5,423 bases of DNA from Amoeboradix gromovi X-113 (lineage: Eukaryota > Fungi > Sanchytriomycota): the NCBI GenBank assembly GCA_018985225.1, contig JADGIF010000659.1, forward strand, positions 1 to 5,423, written 5' to 3'. Positions 1 through 5,161 of this stretch are shown here, piece after piece. Each line of letters starts with the position of its first letter. The first letter of the stretch is position 1. The notes beneath the pieces were generated by a model, which was not told where the DNA came from, did not search any database, and was given only the letters and a program-made list of their open reading frames with translations. A program made the position numbers and the translations under genes.

Positions 1-819
1 CGAGTCACAGTTTGAGACAAGTTTGTTAAATAAGTTCAAGTTATATGTAGAGTCACCTCCATGTATGTCACTTAATAAATGCGATTTTATTTTAAAATCA
101 GACGGCTTTAATTCTGAAGTGCTTATTTCACCATCTATTAGATACCAGACATAAGTGCTACCACAAGGCGATATCTCGTCTAAGAGCTCATGTCCACATA
201 CAACCATTGCCTTTATGTATCCCAGTTGCTTCAAAGCGTTAGCCATAACTAATCCCCATTCAGGTCTAGCTACACCAACAACAGCTTTTAAGGGCCTAGA
301 CGGATTAGTTAGAGGCCCGACTATGTTAAATATAGTTGGGAATCCCAACTCTTTTCTAATAAGCTTTAGTTTCTTCATAGATGGATGAAAAAGTGGAGCA
401 TATAAAAATGCAAAATTGAAGTTTTCATAGTCGGACTGTATTTGAGATATTGATTTGGAAATATCATATCCTACTGCCTCCAGAAAATCTGCGGACCCGC
501 ATTTAGACGAACTGCTTCTATTACCATGTTTTGTAATTTTTATTCCCATGGATGCTGCTATGATAGAACTTATGGTAGAAACGTTTATGGTAGAATGACC
601 ATCTCCACCTGTTCCTACCAGGTCTATCCCGTCATCCAACCGAATTGGGGTTGCTTTGGACAACATAAATTCAGTACAAGCCAATACATTTTCCAATGAC
701 CATGGTTTTAAAGCGGTATAGGTTAGAAACGCAGCTATCTGTCCCTCTGGAGAATCTAACAAGTTATCTAGGCATTCTCTAAACCCTTTGTCCTTCTGTA
801 TCAATTGGGCCAAATTCAT
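1..819 (-). CDS. TRP4: Anthranilate phosphoribosyltransferase, 3'-partial (continues beyond the left edge)
   Basis: Manual translation from ATG 819 gives an open frame to base 1 (273 codons): MNLAQLIQ...QIAAFLT...IDLVGTGGDGHSTINVSTISS...KHGNRSSSSKCGSADFLEAVG...FAFLYAPLFHPSMKKLKLIRKELGFPTIFNIVGPLTNP...LDEISPCGSTYVW. The GTGGDG, KHGNR and FNxxGPLxNP motifs are diagnostic of TrpD/TRP4. An in-frame TAG at 892-894 lies upstream with no intervening ATG. Confidence 0.96.
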   Translation of the reverse strand, partial: MNLAQLIQKDKGFRECLDNLLDSPEGQIAAFLTYTALKPWSLENVLACTEFMLSKATPIRLDDGIDLVGTGGDGHSTINVSTISSIIAASMGIKITKHGNRSSSSKCGSADFLEAVGYDISKSISQIQSDYENFNFAFLYAPLFHPSMKKLKLIRKELGFPTIFNIVGPLTNPSRPLKAVVGVARPEWGLVMANALKQLGYIKAMVVCGHELLDEISPCGSTYVWYLIDGEISTSELKPSDFKIKSHLLSDIHGGDSTYNLNLFNKLVSNCDS

Positions 820-902
820 GACGAGCTGTATACTTGTTTCGAACGGATCAAAGAAATCTAAAATGTAGAGAGAGTTGACATGAGCGCTAAGCTACAGCGA
901 CG

Positions 903-919
903 AATTGCTAATAGCAATT
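903..919. repeat. Perfect 8-bp inverted repeat with a 1-nt spacer (AATTGCTA-A-TAGCAATT)
   Basis: Read directly in the 127-nt spacer upstream of TRP4. Confidence 0.8.
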
Positions 920-946
920 AGTATCGTGATTGCCAAGTATATTTAT

Positions 947-1774
947 TTACAGCGTGTTTCTCATTAGTTTATGCACATCGTCTAGAAATCGTTCTATTAA
1001 AATTCTTTTGTACGTTGGGACATTTGCCCTCTTATTCGATGCGTTTATCACTGGGACTTCATTTTTTACAGCTAGGGTATCGTATGTTGGTTCTTTCTTC
1101 ATTACTGGCGGTTGCAACTTAAGTTCTTTTTCTATAGATTGCTTTGAAAAGGACAGCAAGGGGTCAAAATAATCTAAATCGGTTTGAATACCAACATCTT
1201 TTAGCTGAGCTTCTGTTTGAGTGCTGATAACATTGCCCATATACTCCGTTTGTATTCCTGCATCCAGCTTTACTAAAGGGGTTGCTAAGTCACTGCTATT
1301 TCCAGTTTCTTTGTCAATTTTGACATTAGCAGCTGATTGCGAAATATCAATCAACTCATTTTTAAATTCAGTGTAATCACCAGGTTTACGATCTAATTCA
1401 TTTTCATTGATATGCCAGTCATCAAATTTAGAATCAAACCGTTTTAACGTAGATATTGTATCAACAGATTTCATCGGAGAAGGAACTTGAGGAACCTTAG
1501 AGTTAGACTTGTTTTTCAGAGGTGTCTCGTACACATGCTTTCTGTTTAATTTCTCACCCAATTCGTGATGCTGATATATGAGTTGCTGCTTTCTTTTATC
1601 CGTAGAATTCTTTAAATGTTCTAAAATATCAAATTTTACAAGTTCTGGTGGACTTTGATGCACTTGGGCTTGTGATTCCGCCTTTGCATTTTCCATAATT
1701 GTCGGCATTTTCTTTTCCAGCTGATCTGGACCAGCAATTATATCGTCAACTACAGAAAATGAATCCCACATCAT
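947..1774 (-). CDS. Hypothetical, largely low-complexity protein (about 275 aa) with three tandem LC8-binding-type QT motifs and S/T-P-x-K sites
   Basis: Long uninterrupted ORF ending at TAA 947-949, followed at once by AATAAA. The ORF-track start at 1843 overlaps the divergent uL23m CDS, so ATG 1774 (MMWDSF...) is preferred. No globular family recognised. Motifs DAGIQTE, VISTQTE and DVGIQTD lie at 1178-1264. Confidence 0.8.
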   Translation of the reverse strand: MMWDSFSVVDDIIAGPDQLEKKMPTIMENAKAESQAQVHQSPPELVKFDILEHLKNSTDKRKQQLIYQHHELGEKLNRKHVYETPLKNKSNSKVPQVPSPMKSVDTISTLKRFDSKFDDWHINENELDRKPGDYTEFKNELIDISQSAANVKIDKETGNSSDLATPLVKLDAGIQTEYMGNVISTQTEAQLKDVGIQTDLDYFDPLLSFSKQSIEKELKLQPPVMKKEPTYDTLAVKNEVPVINASNKRANVPTYKRILIERFLDDVHKLMRNTL

Positions 1775-1812
1775 AAAAATTTCAATATAGTAAAACACAA
1801 GGGACAGTAAAA
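1775..1812. promoter_or_regulatory. 38-nt divergent intergenic spacer / putative bidirectional core promoter containing GGGACAGT
   Basis: Lies between ATG 1774 (-) and ATG 1813 (+). AT-rich apart from GGGACAGT at 1801-1808, whose reverse complement recurs at 3675-3682. Confidence 0.5.
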
Positions 1813-2331
1813 ATGTCGAAAAGACTTCAAGTTTTTTTCCCATCTGCTATATTTAGAATGATACTATCGAGAAATAGAGACCCAGACCAAGCGCATTTCA
1901 TGGTTCCTCTGCACTTTAATAAGTACGATATAAAGGAATATTTAAGCAAACTTTATGATATAAAGGTAAAAGCAGTTAACACAATGATAATGCAAGTACA
2001 AGACAAAAGCACTAATAAAAAGAAAAGGTACAAAAAGGCAATTGTTACCCTTGAAGAAGCAGTAACATTGCCCGAATTTGACAAGGAATGGAACAAAATG
2101 GATGTACAAGCATATACCTTGCGACCATATTTTAAGAACTACAACAATCCTCAACGAATGTTTGTTCCGAATAAAGGGAAATCTAAGTTTTTATTAAAGC
2201 AAGTTGAAAAAATTGAAAAAAGACCTCTGATGCATTTGTTGCGGGACAAAGATGAAGACAGGAAGAGAAAATTGAGTAATAGACAAGCTTTAAAGCATAA
2301 TAACAAGCAGGAAAATGAATATACGGAGTAA
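1813..2331 (+). CDS. MRP20: Mitochondrial large-subunit ribosomal protein uL23m (MRP20/MRPL23 family)
   Basis: N-terminal VFFP motif, then AHFMVPLHFNKYDIKEYLSKLYDIKVKAVNT and YKKAIVTL, the L23 core signature, plus a basic C-terminal extension typical of mitochondrial uL23. A-rich context before the ATG. Confidence 0.9.
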   Translation: MSKRLQVFFPSAIFRMILSRNRDPDQAHFMVPLHFNKYDIKEYLSKLYDIKVKAVNTMIMQVQDKSTNKKKRYKKAIVTLEEAVTLPEFDKEWNKMDVQAYTLRPYFKNYNNPQRMFVPNKGKSKFLLKQVEKIEKRPLMHLLRDKDEDRKRKLSNRQALKHNNKQENEYTE

Positions 2332-2349
2332 GTAAAAATATCACTTTAT
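2332..2349. terminator. 18-nt convergent spacer with poly(A)-signal-like hexamers on both strands
   Basis: Plus strand TAA-GTAAA (AGTAAA at 2331-2336). Minus strand TAA-ATAAA (AATAAA at 2350-2345). Confidence 0.5.
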
Positions 2350-3172
2350 TTACTTTAATTTTGGAGGCATTATTACTCTAGATTTCAAATACGACCATCG
2401 ATGTCTTTTTAAATATACTGATAGTATTGTAAGTCCACCAAGAACAACAACGGCCTTAAATCCTAATCTTTTTCTTTCTTCCAATTCTGGTTCACTGGCC
2501 CATGAGAGGAACGTAACAACGTCTTTGGCTATCTGAGAAGCGCTAGCAGGAGTTCCTATATTAGTCTCAAGTACCGTCATCATACTCAACAACTTCATCG
2601 TAAATATTCTGAGCCATTGCTATGGCACCACCTGGAAAGTACGGATTATAATGCAATCCCTCTCTTACTTCCACACCTGCTGGGGGATCAGAATATCCGG
2701 TTAATAAAGAATAAACATAGTCATCACCGCCATGTCGCGCTTTAACAATTAATGATAAATCAGGAGGATAAGCGCCCGCATTGGCTGCACGAGCTGCTTG
2801 CTCATTAGGGTAGGGTGGTGGCAAATAGTCGCTTAGTTTACCAGGTCGCATGTACATCTCACCTTCATCGTTTGGACCATCTTGAATTTCAACATCCTCA
2901 GCCAATTCTTTTGCTTCACTTAAAGTGTGTGAGACTCCAACAAGATTGCGATAGGCAATGCGGTCCAGAGAGTGACAACTACTGCAAACTTGTTGATAAA
3001 CTTGAAATCCTCTTCGTATGGAAGCATGGTCAAAAGCACCAAAAGGCCCATGGTGCGACCAAGGATGTGATGGCGCATGTAGTCCATCGTCTTCTATCCC
3101 AGCATCAGCAGATTTGTATGCTAGAAATCCAATAGCTGGGATGGATACTGCTGCTATGGAGCGCGAAAACAT
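2350..3172 (-). CDS. CYT1: Cytochrome c1 (complex III heme protein), two exons: join(complement 2575..3172, 2350..2555), 267 aa
   Basis: [17 protein letters not shown] (CxxCH heme attachment), [34 protein letters not shown] (axial Met), then [13 protein letters not shown] and a C-terminal TM helix in another frame. Removing 2556-2574 joins the frames (598+206=804 nt) and restores EYDDGTPAS. Confidence 0.97.
2556..2574 (-). other. 19-nt spliceosomal (GT-AG) intron in CYT1, phase 1
   Basis: The minus strand reads GAT GAC G|gtacttgagactaatatag|GA ACT CCT: GT donor, branch-point-like ACTAAT and TAG acceptor. Excision exactly restores the frame and the conserved DDGTPA motif. Confidence 0.9.
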
Positions 3173-3280
3173 ACTGTCAAGAAAGGGGCAATCTTTTAAA
3201 ATTTATAATACATCTCTGAATGTACCTCTGGATTAGAGAGCAACCTTTATGGAAAAAGAAAAAGAGAATCACTACAAGAC

Positions 3281-3508
3281 CTAATGCCACAATGGTTTTG
3301 CTGTTGGCTGGTATCTTGGATAAGTGCTTCTTTTAATTATAGTTCTTATGTCCTTGATACTTTTGTTAATACTAGACTCCAATCTTAGCAGTTTTTCCAT
3401 GTTCTTTTCTAAATCTTCCATTGCTTTTTTGAATGATTCGAATATTCTAACTGCTTCCTGGTCCAGGTATTTACTTTTGGTCTTTAATCCTGCTTCTCTA
3501 TAATCCAT
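3281..3508 (-). CDS. Small (75 aa) predicted coiled-coil protein, function unknown
   Basis: ORF from AAA-ATG 3508 (MDYREAG...) to TAG 3281-3283. The segment FESFKKAMEDLEKNMEKLLRLESSINKSIKDIRTII is amphipathic and heptad-like. The ORF fills an otherwise large gap in a very compact region. The track's TTG start at 3517 is not appropriate for a eukaryote. Confidence 0.6.
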   Translation of the reverse strand: MDYREAGLKTKSKYLDQEAVRIFESFKKAMEDLEKNMEKLLRLESSINKSIKDIRTIIKRSTYPRYQPTAKPLWH

Positions 3509-3659
3509 TTTGGTCAACGTAATTGATGGTCTCTTTTAAAATTAACTTTTCAAATAGGCAAGCACTTTTGGGACCACCATTGGTCATTATAATCTTTTAA
3601 TATTTTTAATCAATTTCCGAAATGACTTCAGGAATTATAACTAAGATTGAGAAGCTAAC

Positions 3660-3682
3660 TTACCTTTCAAGGTAACTGTCCC
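3660..3682 (+). promoter_or_regulatory. Inverted repeat / X-box-like site overlapping an ACTGTCCC element upstream of the TTC25-like gene
   Basis: TTACCTT-TC-AAGGTAA at 3660-3675. ACCTTT-CAA-GGTAAC at 3662-3676 fits the relaxed X-box pattern RYYNYY-N1-3-RRNRAC. ACTGTCCC lies at 3675-3682. Confidence 0.35.
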
Positions 3683-3706
3683 ATTGGATTCTCTAAAATT
3701 TAGGCC

Positions 3707-5137
3707 ATGGAAGACACTTACAAAACTTCTTTGGTGGCGGAAGCAGATTATTTTTATAAAAAATCTGATTTGCCAAAGGCTCTTGAACTCTATTCAAAGG
3801 TGCTTGCAGTTGACTCAGACAAACATTGCTTACTCCATCGTGGATACTGTTATATTTCCCAAGCAAGTTATGATTTGGCAATGAAGGATGTAGAAACTCT
3901 TTTAAAATTGGACCAAAACCATTATAAAGGGTTGCTTTTAAAAGCAAGCATATTATTTGATACAGGCGAGTTTGAGTATGCTTTAATCCTATACAATGGT
4001 GCTTATAGAATTAAATGTGGTGATGAAGTGGATACGGGTTTGTTTAAATGCAAAAGTGCTATTTTAACTTTGTTCTGTGGCAGCGCTGGTGCTTCTTCGA
4101 GTATTGATTCTGACAAGCTTATCAAAGTACATATGCCAGACTTTGCTTGCGACTACTATTTTTTGCTATCTATTTCAAAAAAATTCAAAGATACAAAGGA
4201 CGAGCAGTTTTCCAGAATAGCCGATGAAGGTATTACATACATGGAAAAACGTTTAGACTTTTGGAAAAACTACAATCATAATGATAAGGTGGAAAATAAG
4301 AAATTGAAAAAGAAAGCTACTGAGGAAATTAAAGTAATTAAAGAGAAAAGAAAGCTGCCACCCATCCCTCAAAAGAAGTCTATCACTATGAATGCTTCTA
4401 AACAAAGTGTTAATAAAGTGGATACAGTTGTCTTACCTTCGCCTTTGCAGGAGCCATGGAAAACTTTGCCTCCAGAAGAACTTAGCCACGAAGACTTGTG
4501 TAGAAGAATTAGAAAGTCTTTTGAAAATGAGGAATTTCAACAAGTTAAACGACTGTGTGAAGAATTCTTAAAAAGAGATATCAAGATATCAACGAGACAG
4601 GCGGCAGCTCGTTATTGTGACGTTTTGCTGGATTATGCACATGGCTTGCTTGAGCTAAATGATTCTATCGATCACGCGAAGAGTAATGCTGCCCAAGCTA
4701 GAAACATCAGCAAAGTATTTCAATTGCATTCTTATTATCCAAGGGCCTTAAACATTTTGGGAAAGTGCTTTTCAAAGGCTGGCAGAAATGAAAAGGCAAT
4801 TAAACTATGGGAAGAACGGATGAAATTTGACAGCACTCCCTTGGAAAAGGCATGGATTTATCATGATTTGGGCAAATGTTATTTAGATTTGGGAAAAATT
4901 AACAAAAGCAAAGAATGCGCCAGATTAAGCTTGGAATTCAGTGACCAAATGGGAAGTCGCACATGGTCTGCATCTGCCAAGTTATTGTTGGGAAGGTGTT
5001 GTGAGGCCGAAGGATACATATTTGACGCCATCGGTTGGTACGAAAAGGCAGTTAAATCTTCAAGAGCATGTGGCGACAAGATTCAACTAAGTGCACTGGA
5101 ACACCACCTAATTCAACTAAGAGCAAATGTTAAGTAA
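3707..5137 (+). CDS. TTC25: TPR protein, TTC25/ODAD4-like (outer dynein arm docking complex subunit 4 family)
   Basis: N-terminal TPRs with DKHCLLHR, KGLLLKA and GEFEYALILY, a central GITYMEKRLDFWK block, and C-terminal TPRs RALNILGK...AIKLWEER...TPLEKAWIYHDLGKCYLDL. These match the motif order I recall for TTC25 (DKNCLVAR, KGILQKA, GDFEFALVFY, GINYL..FW, WEEK, LEKTWLFHEIGRCYLEL). No search was run. Confidence 0.85.
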   Translation: MEDTYKTSLVAEADYFYKKSDLPKALELYSKVLAVDSDKHCLLHRGYCYISQASYDLAMKDVETLLKLDQNHYKGLLLKASILFDTGEFEYALILYNGAYRIKCGDEVDTGLFKCKSAILTLFCGSAGASSSIDSDKLIKVHMPDFACDYYFLLSISKKFKDTKDEQFSRIADEGITYMEKRLDFWKNYNHNDKVENKKLKKKATEEIKVIKEKRKLPPIPQKKSITMNASKQSVNKVDTVVLPSPLQEPWKTLPPEELSHEDLCRRIRKSFENEEFQQVKRLCEEFLKRDIKISTRQAAARYCDVLLDYAHGLLELNDSIDHAKSNAAQARNISKVFQLHSYYPRALNILGKCFSKAGRNEKAIKLWEERMKFDSTPLEKAWIYHDLGKCYLDLGKINKSKECARLSLEFSDQMGSRTWSASAKLLLGRCCEAEGYIFDAIGWYEKAVKSSRACGDKIQLSALEHHLIQLRANVK

Positions 5138-5138
5138 A

Positions 5139-5161
5139 CTGTTTTTATTAATATAAAACAG
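5139..5161. repeat. AT-rich near-palindrome immediately after the TTC25-like stop, containing a minus-strand AATAAA
   Basis: CTGTTTT-TATTAATA-T-AAAACAG: 7-bp arms around an 8-bp palindrome with one extra base. TTTATT at 5144-5149. Confidence 0.55.

Noticed and set aside
155-388. 77-aa plus-strand ORF
   Set aside because: Antisense shadow of TRP4 with a non-ATG start and no recognisable features.
570-595. Direct repeat TTATGGTAGAA at a 15-nt period
   Set aside because: Explained by repeated Ser-Thr-Ile codons in the TRP4 STINVSTI motif. It is not a CRISPR or mobile-element repeat.
930-1172. 80-aa plus-strand ORF
   Set aside because: TTG start and antisense to the longer minus-strand gene.
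1996-2022. Intron-like 27-nt in-frame segment in uL23m (gtac...ctaat...aag)
   Set aside because: The frame is open without splicing, and removal would delete the beta-hairpin loop expected before YKKAIV.
1942-2154. 70-aa hydrophobic minus-strand ORF
   Set aside because: Antisense to the A-rich uL23m CDS, which explains its Phe/Leu richness.
2350-2598. 82-aa ORF as an independent gene, or a programmed frameshift in CYT1
   Set aside because: It is CYT1 exon 2. A frameshift would leave about six extra residues in a conserved motif and no slippery sequence is evident, whereas GT-AG excision restores the motif exactly.
3174-3225. Acceptor-like CCCCTTTCTTGACAG just before the CYT1 ATG, suggesting an upstream coding exon
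   Set aside because: The candidate donors have no usable upstream ATG before the previous gene's stop. A 5' UTR intron cannot be excluded but is unsupported.
2815-3236. Two plus-strand ORFs (106 and 72 aa)
   Set aside because: Antisense shadows of CYT1.
3509-3587. N-terminal extension of the 75-aa ORF through a 16-nt or 33-nt intron from upstream ATGs
   Set aside because: Frame-compatible, but the splice signals are poor (no CTAA branch motif, GAG or AAG acceptors) and there is no homology support.
3684-3947. 66-aa (+) and 84-aa (-) ORFs
   Set aside because: Overlap the TTC25-like CDS in other frames with no independent support.
4879-5079. 66-aa minus-strand ORF
   Set aside because: Antisense shadow of the C-terminal TPR repeats.
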